Shown: positions 49,966 through 60,719 of the stretch, one piece after another
How the letters are laid out: each line of letters opens with the position of its first letter
Numbering within the stretch: the stretch's first letter is position 1
NCBI GenBank assembly: GCA_034439575.1
Contig: JAWXAQ010000020.1
Span: forward strand, 1 to 64,000
Origin: Leptospira sp.
Lineage (GTDB): Bacteria; Spirochaetota; Leptospiria; Leptospirales; Leptospiraceae
Direction of reading: 5' to 3'
DNA: 64,000 nucleotides
Notes under the pieces: model-generated
What the model was told of the DNA's origin: nothing
Databases searched by the model: none
Seen by the model: only the letters and a program-made list of their open reading frames with translations
Translations under genes and position numbers: made by a program

Positions 49966-52518
49966 TTAGTAATCCATTTCCTCATCACCACTAAAGACAC
50001 TTTTGCGTTTTTTCTTTTTAGTGGGAGTGATTTGGGTTTCCGTTTTGGGCTTGGGGTTTGAGACTACTTTTGGTTTTTCATATTTGACTTGTGGTTTTTT
50101 GTGATCATCTATGACGTTCCATTGGCCACCGTGATCGTTGCAGACCTCTTTCGGTGCCGTGGATGCGATAAAAATCTCATCCATAGTTTCATGGCACTGG
50201 GAACCTGGGAGTTTCCCAGACATAGGGCAAATAGTTCTGTGTACTACGTTTACCGATTTTGCCCATTCCAATTCGGCTCTGGGTTCCTTTTCTAGAGCAC
50301 GGGCCATAAATCGCCCCCAAACGGGAGCGGAAATGCGTCCACCCGTGACCCCTCGGCCAAGGGAAATTGTCCCTACATCATAACCGAACCAAACCGAAGT
50401 CACAAGTTCTGCCGTATAACCCACAAACCAGGCGTCCCTAAAATTATTCGTCGTACCCGTTTTGCCATACGCCTTGCGGTTGAGACCATAGGAAAGGGCA
50501 CTTTTACCTGTCCCTTCCTTAATCACATCTTCCATCATATCTGTCACAAGAAAAGCGGCTTCGGGGGAGATCACTTGTTTGCGGTCTGATTCCGAAAAAT
50601 CCTTTCTAAAATCTTTGATAATTTCGCCGTATTGGTTTTCAACATAAAGGACTGAAAGTGGATTTACCGTTTTTCCGCCTGAGGCAAGAGCCGCATAAGC
50701 GCGCGTTAACTCAAAAGGTGTAAGTTCAAAACTTCCGAGAGATACACTGAAATTGTAAGGTATGTCTCTGCCATTTAATTGCAATAAACCACGCAGAGTG
50801 TCCATGATATTGGAAAGTCCAATTTGTTCTAACACGCGCACTGCGACGGAATTTTTTGATTGTTCGAGAGCCTTTCTGAGTAATACAAATCCTGAGTATT
50901 CGGAACTATAATTTTCAGGAGCCCATTCGTCACCATCTTCCATTAAATATTGCAAGGGAGAGTCAACAAATAAGGTAGCGGGTGTTACATTTTTTTCAGG
51001 ATCTGGATTTTTGCCAGAATGATCCATTGCTGCCGCATATAGTATAGGTTTAAAAGCTGAACCTGGTTGGCGGAAAGCTTGGAAGGATCGAATTTGTTGG
51101 TTGTCAGATCTAAATCCAGATCCACCGACCATAGCTGTGATATAACCTGTGTTTGGCCTGATGGCAATGAGTGAACCTTCGACTGGTAATAAATGATCTT
51201 GCGTTGTTTGGTTCGCGTAATTTTTGTCTAAGAGTTCGCCAAGTAAGTCATCACCTGTAAGCAAGTTTAGGGTTGAAAATTCATCTCGCAATGTTTCTTG
51301 GTAAGAAGATTGGAATGTGCGCTCTATACGAGAAATTTTAAATTTAAACTCAGGCAAATCATACAGGTCCATTAACAGGCTGTAGGCAGAGCCAAATTGG
51401 TCATCAAAGGCATCTATATTTTTAAAGGCCCTTTGGTTTGATTCCAAAGTTTGCTGTTGTAAGGCGGGGCGCATTGCCTTCTCTGCTTCTTCTTGGTGGC
51501 GAATTTGTATCGTGGAATAAATTTTTAAACCACCATTGTAAAGTTTTTCTTTGCCAATGGAGCGGAGTAAATTTTTGCGAATGTATTCTGTGATATATGG
51601 AAATTTATTTAAACGGTCAGAATAAGCCGAATCATTCGGAGATCGATTTAGATTGGCGTAATAGTCCATGAGATTTGCATATTCTTTTTCAGCATCCATT
51701 ACTGTGAGTCGGCCGTTTTCAATTAGTTTTTTGAAAACGACTCTAACCTTACTGATGCTACTCATGGGATTTGTGAGTGGACTAAACTGGGTCGGGCGTG
51801 TCGTCAAACTAGCGAGAATGGCCGCCTCACCCCAAGTGACATCCTGGATTTCTTTGCGAAAATAAAAACGAGAAGCGGCACCAACCCCGATTGTGCCGTG
51901 ACCCAGAGGGATTTCGTTTAAGTAAACTTCTAAAATTTTATCCTTTGGATAAACAAACTCGAGTAATGTGGCAAGCCATGCTTCCCTTGCTTTTCTCGCG
52001 ATAGATCGTTCAATGGTTAAATATTTTAATCGAGCCACCTGTTGGGTGATAGTTGACGCACCTTCCTTTACGCGACCAGCTAAGATATTAACCACAAAGG
52101 CTCTAGCGATACCTTTCAAATCAATCCCACTATGAGAGTAAAAATGATTGTCTTCTGTAGATAAAAAACATTGTATTACTTTGTTTTTTTGATCAAAAGA
52201 GGCTGATGGTTTTTCCTCTGGGAGAGTTTTTAAATCAAGGGGAATGCGTGAAAATTTATAAAATTCGGCGATAGGCTCATACTTTCCATTATCACCGACA
52301 GCATATAGAATTGAAGGAATGTCATATGTTGCGGCTTCGCCGAGGCGAAAAAAATCTTTGAAAGAAGCTGTGAGTAAAAAGAGATTTAAAGTTAAAAATA
52401 TCCCGATAGCAATCGCTGTATTTCGCATGGGACGCGGGCCTTCCCATATCCATTCTGTTAGGTCCCGAAACCAAACAATAAACAGCTTTTCAAACATCCC
52501 TATGGCTTCTTGTTTCAT
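49966..52518 (-). CDS. Class A penicillin-binding protein (PBP1A-like)
   Basis: GT motifs EDNHFY.H.GID, GASTITQQ, RKARE; TP motifs SAFK, SKN, KTG. Confidence 0.94.
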   Translation of the reverse strand: MKQEAIGMFEKLFIVWFRDLTEWIWEGPRPMRNTAIAIGIFLTLNLFLLTASFKDFFRLGEAATYDIPSILYAVGDNGKYEPIAEFYKFSRIPLDLKTLPEEKPSASFDQKNKVIQCFLSTEDNHFYSHSGIDLKGIARAFVVNILAGRVKEGASTITQQVARLKYLTIERSIARKAREAWLATLLEFVYPKDKILEVYLNEIPLGHGTIGVGAASRFYFRKEIQDVTWGEAAILASLTTRPTQFSPLTNPMSSISKVRVVFKKLIENGRLTVMDAEKEYANLMDYYANLNRSPNDSAYSDRLNKFPYITEYIRKNLLRSIGKEKLYNGGLKIYSTIQIRHQEEAEKAMRPALQQQTLESNQRAFKNIDAFDDQFGSAYSLLMDLYDLPEFKFKISRIERTFQSSYQETLRDEFSTLNLLTGDDLLGELLDKNYANQTTQDHLLPVEGSLIAIRPNTGYITAMVGGSGFRSDNQQIRSFQAFRQPGSAFKPILYAAAMDHSGKNPDPEKNVTPATLFVDSPLQYLMEDGDEWAPENYSSEYSGFVLLRKALEQSKNSVAVRVLEQIGLSNIMDTLRGLLQLNGRDIPYNFSVSLGSFELTPFELTRAYAALASGGKTVNPLSVLYVENQYGEIIKDFRKDFSESDRKQVISPEAAFLVTDMMEDVIKEGTGKSALSYGLNRKAYGKTGTTNNFRDAWFVGYTAELVTSVWFGYDVGTISLGRGVTGGRISAPVWGRFMARALEKEPRAELEWAKSVNVVHRTICPMSGKLPGSQCHETMDEIFIASTAPKEVCNDHGGQWNVIDDHKKPQVKYEKPKVVSNPKPKTETQITPTKKKKRKSVFSGDEEMDY

Positions 52519-52547
52519 TTATCTATCTTAGTTTTCGAATGTAAAAT

Positions 52548-53618
52548 TTAGATCAAGGGGGAAAATTCTTTCATAGTATCAATGCCTTGGTACCTAAGGC
52601 CAGTGTCTAAATTGTATCCACCGTAGACATCCAGGATCTTTGACCGACTCTCTGGCGAAAAGCTATATTCATAGGCCCGAGTTAAGATTTCTTTCGTGGC
52701 ATTACTTGCTTGGTTAAGCAGTTCAATAAAGGAATCACGATAAATTCGCTTTGGGTCAGCAGGATAGTTCCACTCTCTTTTTTCATCATTCATGATTTTA
52801 GGATTCACAGTTTCTAATGTAGGTAACATTAGGACACCCGCTTGGTATTTGTGAAATGTAACTCGATCCACTAAATTGACAAGGCCTCTCATCCATACGG
52901 ATCTCGAATCAAGTGTGGAAGTAAAACGATAAAAACCCATATAAGATTCATTTAAAATATCACCAGGTATGATTTTTTTTTCAGATCCATGGTAATGGCT
53001 CGCATACTCTCGTGGAAACGTAAGCTTTAAGGCAGACAACCAAAACTGCCACAAAACAGGATCCATTTTATTTTTAATCCCCACGGTTCGGTGACGAATA
53101 TCTATGTACTGTGGAAAATCATATTCCCGTGCACTCATGCCCCAACGGTAATGGAGTAACAATGTATCCAATCCAAATTCGACCTTCATATGATTTATCT
53201 GAGCTTGGTATGATATCTTTTTGTTATCGTTATAATAGTCTCCAGATATATAAAATATATAAGGGTGGGTTTGAATGTCCACAATACAGTGGCAAATGTA
53301 ACCTAGAGTAAATGCCAAAAAGCGATCCCGGTAAAGTCCCATTTCTGTATCGTGAACCCCATCTAAGAAATTCAAGATAAGTTCTGTTACACGGGAGTGA
53401 TGTGCCATATCTCCCCAATATGCTGCCTTTTTGGTTAAAGCTGGGCGCAGGACATGATAGAAATAAAAAATATCAGGCGCGACCGCACCGAGATTTGCAT
53501 AGGCGGCAGTGTCTGGTCGATTCAAGAGATTGGCAATTTTTCTTTGGGTGGTGTTTCCATGTTCAAGGTGCTTTTTGACCTGTGACAATGCTTCTAAGTG
53601 TGTAATCTTTCCTGCCAT
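52548..53618 (-). CDS. Zn-dependent phospholipase C / S1-P1 nuclease-fold protein
   Basis: N-terminal His (ITH), GAVAPD, GYICHCIVD...HPY, H..VE...D. Confidence 0.8.
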   Translation of the reverse strand: MAGKITHLEALSQVKKHLEHGNTTQRKIANLLNRPDTAAYANLGAVAPDIFYFYHVLRPALTKKAAYWGDMAHHSRVTELILNFLDGVHDTEMGLYRDRFLAFTLGYICHCIVDIQTHPYIFYISGDYYNDNKKISYQAQINHMKVEFGLDTLLLHYRWGMSAREYDFPQYIDIRHRTVGIKNKMDPVLWQFWLSALKLTFPREYASHYHGSEKKIIPGDILNESYMGFYRFTSTLDSRSVWMRGLVNLVDRVTFHKYQAGVLMLPTLETVNPKIMNDEKREWNYPADPKRIYRDSFIELLNQASNATKEILTRAYEYSFSPESRSKILDVYGGYNLDTGLRYQGIDTMKEFSPLI

Positions 53619-53675
53619 ATTTGCTATTTTTGACTTTTAAGAATGGAACCTTTTTTAAGGATTATCTTAATTCCT

Positions 53676-54941
53676 ATGACATCAATCGAAAAACTAAAGT
53701 TTTTATCCGAAGATCAAGTCCGAACCATTGCCGAACGCTTTGGCACTCCTGTTTTTGTTTATTCACAAAAGGAAATTGAAAAAAAATGTGACGAAGCACT
53801 TAATTTTCCCAATGTTTTTGGCTTACAAGTTCGTTATGCCATGAAGGCAAATCCCAATACAAACATTTTAAAAATCATGCAAAAGAAAGGCATACTCATT
53901 GATGCTTCCTCAGAGTATGAAGTGACAAGAGCCCTTGCCAGTGGTTTTCCTCATTCCTCCATTATGCTCACATCGCAACAATTCCCAAAGGAATTAGAGA
54001 AGTTTGTCAAAGCAGGCGTGCTATTTAACGCTTGTTCCTTGAAGCAATTAGAAGCATATGGCCAATTATTTCCAGGCGGGAATATTTCTATTCGTTTTAA
54101 CCCTGGTCTAGGCTCAGGGCATACCAAAAAAACGGATGTGGGAGGGGTGACATCTTCTTTTGGGATTTGGCATGAAAAACTCGGGGAAGTAAAAGAGATC
54201 GTTAATAAATACAAATTAGTGGTAAATAAAGTGCATACCCATATTGGATCTGGAAGTGATCCTGAAGTATGGAAGGCAGTCGCCAAATATACATTAGAAT
54301 ATGCAGAGGCCTTTCCATCGGTCACAGTAGTTAGCTTAGGTGGTGGATATAAAGTAGGGCGTATGGAAGATGAAAAATCGACTGACCTACAAAAAATTGG
54401 TGAGCCTGTTAAGGATTTGTTTGCTAAATTCGCAGAAACATTTAATAGAAAATTAGTATTAGAAATTGAACCTGGAACCTTTCTTGTCGCACTTTGTGGT
54501 TCCCTCGTAACACGAATCGATGACAAAATCAATACTGGTTCCAAAGGATTTACATTTTTAAAACTGGACACGGGAATGGATGCGAACACTCGTCCTTCCC
54601 TTTATGGAGCAAGACATCCCTTGGTGACGGTTCCAGAAAAACCTAACAATAGGTCTGTGACGTCCGAATACGTAGTTGTTGGGCATTGTTGTGAGTCGGG
54701 AGATGTTTTCACACAAAAAGAAGGTGGTGAACCTGTCACAAGACAGATGTTAGAGTCTAAAATTGGCGACTATGTTGTGATGGAAGCAGTCGGTGCCTAC
54801 TGTTCCAGTATGTCCACGAAGAATTATAACAGTTTCCCAGAAACATCTGAGGTTCTATTGACAAGTGATGGTGAATTGAAATTAATTCGAAAAAAACAAG
54901 ATGTCGCTGAAATTTACAAAAACGAAGTATTGGTCGTTTAG
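53676..54941 (+). CDS. lysA: Diaminopimelate decarboxylase
   Basis: GTPVFVY, YAMKAN (PLP Lys), HIGSG, LGGG, EPG, CESGD, GAYC. Confidence 0.9.
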   Translation: MTSIEKLKFLSEDQVRTIAERFGTPVFVYSQKEIEKKCDEALNFPNVFGLQVRYAMKANPNTNILKIMQKKGILIDASSEYEVTRALASGFPHSSIMLTSQQFPKELEKFVKAGVLFNACSLKQLEAYGQLFPGGNISIRFNPGLGSGHTKKTDVGGVTSSFGIWHEKLGEVKEIVNKYKLVVNKVHTHIGSGSDPEVWKAVAKYTLEYAEAFPSVTVVSLGGGYKVGRMEDEKSTDLQKIGEPVKDLFAKFAETFNRKLVLEIEPGTFLVALCGSLVTRIDDKINTGSKGFTFLKLDTGMDANTRPSLYGARHPLVTVPEKPNNRSVTSEYVVVGHCCESGDVFTQKEGGEPVTRQMLESKIGDYVVMEAVGAYCSSMSTKNYNSFPETSEVLLTSDGELKLIRKKQDVAEIYKNEVLVV

Positions 54942-55631
54942 ATGCGAAATATACATGCCATCATCTTAGCTGGTGGCCTAGGGACTAGGCTTGGTTCCGA
55001 TCTTCCAAAACAGTTTTTAAAGGTCGCAGATAAACCTTTGTTACTGTACTCATTGCAAAGATTCAGAGAATGGGGGCTTTGTAAATCAATCAATATTGTT
55101 TGCCACAAAGACTGGATCTTAAAAATGGAAGAGCTAGTTAGTCCCTTTTTGGAAGGTAATGATAGAATCATCGAAGGTGGAAATACTCGGCACGAATCTA
55201 CACTTTGTGCACTTAAAAATATAATCTGGGATGCAGATGATATACTTTTGATTCACGATGCCGCAAGGCCTTATTTTTTATCAATAGAACTTGATGAATT
55301 GATAGGCATTGTGCAAGTGTTTGGTGCGGCAACCTTGGCCTTAAAGGGATCTGAAACGGTCGTAAGATCGAAACCAAACTCTGGATATACGAGTGAATCT
55401 ATCGACAGAGAAGAATTGTACTTCGTCAAAACTCCTCAAGGCATTCGTGGCAAAGAATTAAAAGAATTACTAAAGTTGGAAATTATTGCTAAAAAAGATC
55501 ATCCAACGGATTTATGCTCTTGGGTCGAGAGAACTGGTGGGAAAACGGGAATCGTTCTTTCCACTCCGAAAAATATAAAGGTCACCACTTTTGATGATAT
55601 AAAGATAGTGGAAACCTATATTAACGACTAA
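54942..55631 (+). CDS. ispD: IspD/TarI-family cytidylyltransferase
   Basis: LAGGLGTRL...PKQFL, GGNTRHES, IHDAARP, TPQ, NIKVT. Confidence 0.85.
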   Translation: MRNIHAIILAGGLGTRLGSDLPKQFLKVADKPLLLYSLQRFREWGLCKSINIVCHKDWILKMEELVSPFLEGNDRIIEGGNTRHESTLCALKNIIWDADDILLIHDAARPYFLSIELDELIGIVQVFGAATLALKGSETVVRSKPNSGYTSESIDREELYFVKTPQGIRGKELKELLKLEIIAKKDHPTDLCSWVERTGGKTGIVLSTPKNIKVTTFDDIKIVETYIND

Positions 55632-56728
55632 CGCCCGTGAAAGATTCGAAATTTTTGTTTCCAAACCCAAACTTTAAATTTTGCGGGATTTTCGACTTCG
55701 TCAATTTGTAATCCATAACCTTTTGGTTTTCCATATCTCGCATTTGGATTGGACCATCGAACTTTTCCTTTGATGTTGATAGGACCAGATCGGGTATTGA
55801 TTTTAACATGAACCATTTCATTCATCTCATATACAATTTCTGATTTGATATAGAGACCTTCTGTCGAAATATTTACGAGCTCTCCAGTTGATTCATTTGA
55901 ATCTTTTTTCCCTGCCGCCACATCATTGTTAACTGGATATCTAGGGGCAAAGACCCGAGATAGAAATTTTATAAATTCTTCTTTTTCTTCTTTTTGTGCT
56001 GGTTGGAAATGGAATTGGATGCCTGCGAGCTCAGTCCCATCTTCATCTTTGTCTAAACGAACCACTTCGCCTTTCAAAGAGATAGGAACGATTTCTCGCT
56101 TTTCATTTTCCAATTTTAAATGTAAATTGATCGGTGATCCATCTTTTAAGAAGTGATGCTCAACTAAAGGAATCAGTGCACCTGAGCCCGAAACATTGAT
56201 CGTAAAACCATCTCCTTCTCTTTCTCCATCTTCATTTGTCCAATGGAAGGGAACAGGATGCGTCTCTCTATAACCACCTCTCCAACCACGGTCAAGGGAA
56301 CTCAAGTAAGGTGCAGAGACTTCTCTACGTAGGAAATAAAAAATGGCTGTTAATGTAACAGTCGTAAAAATAGCATTTACTATGATCTCTGGTGTTTGTA
56401 AGCGAACTCCCGCAAGGAACAATTTTTTGCCGAGACTAATCCAAGCGATCATCCAAATATTGTAAGATGCTAATATAGTTGCAAATAACAAAAATAGATA
56501 ATAACCAAATTTCTTTTTGGAAAGTAGCCCATAAGCGATGACAATGCTCAGTATGGATAATACATATTGTAAAGGCTGAATTCGTTCAAAAACGTGGCTC
56601 CATTTTTGTTGGCTAAGATCGTAAAGAGCCGCTGTGAATAGGAAATTTAGAATGGGTATGGAAATAAATAGTAAGGAAACAAAAACTATGGGGATAGGAT
56701 ATTGGAAAAAACGGAGTGTCATTCCCAA
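55628..56728 (-). CDS. Membrane protein with four TMs and two PilZ domains
   Basis: RGWRGGYR (RxxxR), NVSGSG and NISTEG (D/NxSxxG), GEVVR / GKVRW, G.QF. Confidence 0.8.
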   Translation of the reverse strand: MGMTLRFFQYPIPIVFVSLLFISIPILNFLFTAALYDLSQQKWSHVFERIQPLQYVLSILSIVIAYGLLSKKKFGYYLFLLFATILASYNIWMIAWISLGKKLFLAGVRLQTPEIIVNAIFTTVTLTAIFYFLRREVSAPYLSSLDRGWRGGYRETHPVPFHWTNEDGEREGDGFTINVSGSGALIPLVEHHFLKDGSPINLHLKLENEKREIVPISLKGEVVRLDKDEDGTELAGIQFHFQPAQKEEKEEFIKFLSRVFAPRYPVNNDVAAGKKDSNESTGELVNISTEGLYIKSEIVYEMNEMVHVKINTRSGPINIKGKVRWSNPNARYGKPKGYGLQIDEVENPAKFKVWVWKQKFRIFHGR

Positions 56729-56796
56729 GAAAAAGCTGTGAAATACTTACAAAGTCAAGATTTTTTTAGGAATGAAATCTTGTTCAGGCTTTGGTT

Positions 56797-57366
56797 TTAT
56801 GCTTTTGGTTCTGTCGGTTTGGCACCGGTCAGTGCTGGATCGATTGGAATCGGAAGTTCTTTCATTTCTTCACTTGCTGGCAAAGATTCTTCGTTAGTCG
56901 GATTTTGTTCATCTGCCACTACGGGGATCGGAGTTTTATTCATATTCCGATTGATCATTTCGTGTAACTCTTGCTTACGTTCGACCACTTTATCTTCTAC
57001 TTCTGTTAAGCGACGAATGACACTATTAAGTATTAAGGAAAGAAAACCAGGGCTTTCGTGACCCATTGCCATAAAGATTTCTTTTGTAATCATTCCGACT
57101 TTTGTATCATCTGCCGTAGCAATGACATTTGCGGCGCGGGGCGAGGGCTGGATCAAAGCTAATTCTCCAAAAAACTCTCCAGGTCCAATTTGTCTGAGGA
57201 TCAATTCTTCGCCCATACCAGATGTTTTTGTCACCATCAATTTGCCAGAAAAAACAAAATACATAACTCCATTTGAGTCTTCGCCTTCACGAAACACCTT
57301 AGTGTCCTTGGGGAAATGTTTTACTTTAACAGAGTCTAGGTATTTTTTGAGGTGTTCTGCACTCAT
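56797..57366 (-). CDS. Cyclic-nucleotide-binding domain protein (no HTH)
   Basis: FREGE, GEFFGELAL...PRAA phosphate-binding cassette. Confidence 0.88.
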   Translation of the reverse strand: MSAEHLKKYLDSVKVKHFPKDTKVFREGEDSNGVMYFVFSGKLMVTKTSGMGEELILRQIGPGEFFGELALIQPSPRAANVIATADDTKVGMITKEIFMAMGHESPGFLSLILNSVIRRLTEVEDKVVERKQELHEMINRNMNKTPIPVVADEQNPTNEESLPASEEMKELPIPIDPALTGAKPTEPKA

Positions 57367-57785
57367 GTTGTGTTATCTGACTCCAATTCGCCGATCATCT
57401 TTTCTACTTCATTGAGTCTGGCTTCTGCTCTGTGCAATTTGTCTACAGAACTTCTTAAGAGATGAAATAAAAATTGTGCATTAATGCGTGCTAATTTTTC
57501 AAATTGATCATCTCGTAATATTCCAAGTCTGGCTTGAGCGGAAACGACACTCACTGTCATGGACCTGGGTTTTCTTGTGATAAGTGCAAGTTCTCCAAAG
57601 TATTCCCCAGGGCCAAGGCCACGAATCACTTCTTGCATACCATCTGGATTTCGTTTGGTGACGGCAAACATACCTTGCATGATGCAATACATACTTCCAT
57701 CATGAGGTTCCCCTTCATTGAAAATAATATCTCCACGTTTGTAAGCTTGCGTGGAGATGTTTTGCATGTATTCTAAGATATTCAT
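57363..57785 (-). CDS. Stand-alone cyclic-nucleotide-binding domain protein
   Basis: FNEGE, GEYFGELAL...PRSM. Confidence 0.88.
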   Translation of the reverse strand: MNILEYMQNISTQAYKRGDIIFNEGEPHDGSMYCIMQGMFAVTKRNPDGMQEVIRGLGPGEYFGELALITRKPRSMTVSVVSAQARLGILRDDQFEKLARINAQFLFHLLRSSVDKLHRAEARLNEVEKMIGELESDNTT

Positions 57786-57885
57786 GTGTGAGTCATAAAG
57801 ATGATTTGGTACCTATCTATTTTGTCATGCTTTAATTTAAAATACAAACTACGGAGAAATACTAGAAATATTAAATAATCATTGA

Positions 57886-58296
57886 TTAGTTTGATTTCAA
57901 TATGGCGATCCATATCTCTTCTAATTCAGCGACAATCTTTCCTGATTCATCTGTTGCTATCGTAATTAGAATCAGCTTTCTATTATCTGAATTTTTTAAT
58001 GTTGTGATCAATTGAACTTTCCCTTGAAAAAGAGGTGCTAAGTAGCGAATGGTCGCGGTACCCGTAGCTGCATATTTATATTTTTCATCTAGTATAAAAT
58101 GTATGAATGCACCTTGGCAGGTATCCATAACAGTAAAGAGGGCTCCGCCATGAAGTGTCCCATTTGGATTATAATGATTGGCATTCACTTCATATTCATA
58201 TACACATTTTTCTTTAGAAATTTCTATTGGTACAGCACCCAGAAGATTTCCCAGTTTGTCTTTTGATTTAAAATTAGTTAGATAATCGTTTGTCAT
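57886..58296 (-). CDS. PaaI-family hotdog-fold thioesterase
   Basis: NPNGTLHGGALFTVMD motif. Confidence 0.88.
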   Translation of the reverse strand: MTNDYLTNFKSKDKLGNLLGAVPIEISKEKCVYEYEVNANHYNPNGTLHGGALFTVMDTCQGAFIHFILDEKYKYAATGTATIRYLAPLFQGKVQLITTLKNSDNRKLILITIATDESGKIVAELEEIWIAILKSN

Positions 58297-58502
58297 ATAA
58301 GCCTATACATATACAGTCAGTATTTGGTTTTCTGCATTTTCTTAAAACCAGAAAGAAATTTCAAAAATACAATTATATAAAATCATTTTCTTGAAAAGAA
58401 AATTCAAAAAATTTAGCATTTTCAAAGAATCATCAAAGTTAGGTGAAAGTGATTGAAATTTTTTTATTGCTTATTTAATATTATTTTGTATTAGAAAGAA
58501 TT

Positions 58503-58931
58503 ATGAAACAAATTGGAAATTATATTTTAGCGGTCACACTTGGGCTAGTCTTAGGTAGCCTTGTTAACATGGGAATCATTTTGATGAGTGGCTCATTGAT
58601 TCCTCCCCCCGAAGGTGCTGATGTCACAACGATGGAAGGCCTGCAAGCATCCATTCATCTCTTTGAACCAAAACATTTTTTGATGCCTTTTCTTGCTCAT
58701 GCCCTTGGCACTTTTTTTGGAGCCTTTGTGGCAGCCTTTATTGCAAAAACCAAAAAAATGATCATGGCTATGATCGTGGGTGTATTTTTCCTGATTGGAG
58801 GAGTCACCAATGCTTTTATGATTCCATCGCCCGTTTGGTTTTTGGCCTTAGATCTTTTAGGAGCCTATTTACCTATGGCCTACTTGGGCGAAAAATTGGG
58901 CAATCGCAAACGTTCAGGCATCAAAATTTAA
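58503..58931 (+). CDS. Hypothetical integral membrane protein (4 TM)
   Basis: Four hydrophobic segments; PPPEG loop; P.WF motif. Confidence 0.75.
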   Translation: MKQIGNYILAVTLGLVLGSLVNMGIILMSGSLIPPPEGADVTTMEGLQASIHLFEPKHFLMPFLAHALGTFFGAFVAAFIAKTKKMIMAMIVGVFFLIGGVTNAFMIPSPVWFLALDLLGAYLPMAYLGEKLGNRKRSGIKI

Positions 58932-58980
58932 TGGGTTGCAATCTCAAATTTTCTAGTTAATTTCTTTACCGAGGTAAATT

Positions 58981-59277
58981 ATGAAATTTTTATTTTCTTC
59001 CTTATTGATGTTAGGTCTTCTGATTGGATGTGGTGATCCTGATGTTTCTGAATGTTCAAATGAATCAGTTGGGAAAACACAAAAAAGATTTGAGGCATGT
59101 TACAGGGGTTGCATGAAGACAGATGACAAGGGTGCTTGTGCCCAAAGAACCGTGCTCGCGGCTGATTTGTGTAAGGCGTCTGGAAAAATTGATAAGTCCC
59201 TCGACATTGAACCTTGCCATTACGCTTGCCGTGAAAATTTTGAATTCGCTTGCCAATTGGAACGAGAATCTCGGTAA
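58981..59277 (+). CDS. Small Cys-rich lipoprotein
   Basis: GAGG RBS, lipobox LIGC, 8 further Cys. Confidence 0.72.
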   Translation: MKFLFSSLLMLGLLIGCGDPDVSECSNESVGKTQKRFEACYRGCMKTDDKGACAQRTVLAADLCKASGKIDKSLDIEPCHYACRENFEFACQLERESR

Positions 59278-59476
59278 AGATTACATTTTCGAAATTTGTA
59301 AATATTGAATGCGAATTTGTTATATATCGAATAATTTAAATGATGATAAAGATTCTGTGTCTACTTTTGAGTAGATTGAACTATCATACATGAAATGTTA
59401 CATGAAAGAAGGATATTTTATAAAGGTGTATTGAGTAATTACCTCAACCACCTATTCCTTAGCAAAACGAATTTTT

Positions 59477-59866
59477 TTACTTCTTATAGTATTCCATTAA
59501 GACTGATAATCTTTTTTTGATAAACCAACGACTTCCTGTTGGTAATTTTTCACTATCTAGCCTAGCTGCTAATTTTATCATTTCTGCTTCTAGAAGTTTT
59601 TTGTTCAGTTTGTTATCTACAATAAACTGACCAAATTTACGAGGGTATCCCAGTCTTTCTTCGTATGTCGGAGCAAGGTAGGTCCCATCCTTTTTACGTT
59701 TTCCTTTCTTTTTCTCTTTGAGATAATCCTTCATCGCGAGAGGAGTTCTGTTGGCTTTTAATTCTCTATAATAATACGATTCATAGACCTTTGCGGGATC
59801 AGATACTTTACTTTTAGCAATGGGTTTGCGGGATGATTTTTTGGGTGTTGATCGTTTTTTTTTCAT
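59477..59866 (-). CDS. Hypothetical highly basic protein
   Basis: 129-aa Lys/Arg-rich ORF. Confidence 0.6.
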   Translation of the reverse strand: MKKKRSTPKKSSRKPIAKSKVSDPAKVYESYYYRELKANRTPLAMKDYLKEKKKGKRKKDGTYLAPTYEERLGYPRKFGQFIVDNKLNKKLLEAEMIKLAARLDSEKLPTGSRWFIKKRLSVLMEYYKK

Positions 59867-60152
59867 TAATAATCAATTCTTTATATAGGAATCATCGGAT
59901 AAAAATAGGAATCACAATCAATCAAAAAAAAGAGATTCATTGTTATTTTTGCCTTTTTTAAGATGATCACTTTGCTCAAAGAAAGCGGTTAGGTGTTATC
60001 AAAGTCCGATCATATAAAATTTTACAGGCAATTTTTTTGCTATAAATAAACAAATTAAGCGTCATTGAAAATGATTACTTTAATAGCGAAAAAACTTCAT
60101 TGTCAATTAATAGAAAAATAAAGACGCTTACTAATTCAAATTAAGAGGAAAA

Positions 60153-60719
60153 ATGGGAAAAATAATCGCCGCGTTTAATATGACACTTAATGGAAATTGT
60201 GACCACAATGCAGGAATTTCAGATGAGGAAATACACATTCATTATGCTGATCTTCTGGCTAATGCAGATTACATTTTATATGGAAGAATCACATATCAAC
60301 TTATGCAATTTTGGCAGACTCTTTTAGTAAATCCTTCTGGAGTAAAATCTATGGATGACTTTGCAGCATCTATCGACAAAATACAAAAAATCGTTTTTTC
60401 GCATACTATCAAAGATACAGGTTGGGATAGTGCATTACTTTCCACTATGTCTATTGAAGAAAAGATCAAAAAACTTAAAAAAAAATCCAACAAAGATATT
60501 TTCGTAGGTAGTCGCAGTTTAATCATACAATTAATAAAGCATAATTTAATCGACGAGCTTCAACTTTGCATTCATCCAGTGATTGCAGAAAATGGTTTGC
60601 AGTTTTTTGAAAACTTAAATATAAGAACGAACCTCAAATTCTTAAAAACTAAAACTTTTTCGAATGGAGCGATCATTCTGTATTATAAACCGACAATCGA
60701 AAGTATTATGAAAAATTAG
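60153..60719 (+). CDS. Dihydrofolate reductase-like (RibD C-terminal domain) protein
   Basis: GAGG RBS; LYGRITYQ, KIVFS, GSRSL, LIDEL...HPV. Confidence 0.85.
   Translation: MGKIIAAFNMTLNGNCDHNAGISDEEIHIHYADLLANADYILYGRITYQLMQFWQTLLVNPSGVKSMDDFAASIDKIQKIVFSHTIKDTGWDSALLSTMSIEEKIKKLKKKSNKDIFVGSRSLIIQLIKHNLIDELQLCIHPVIAENGLQFFENLNIRTNLKFLKTKTFSNGAIILYYKPTIESIMKN

Noticed and set aside
53951-54589. 212-aa antisense ORF
   Set aside because: Lies wholly opposite lysA and has no motifs; a codon-bias shadow ORF, like the other short nested ORFs in the track
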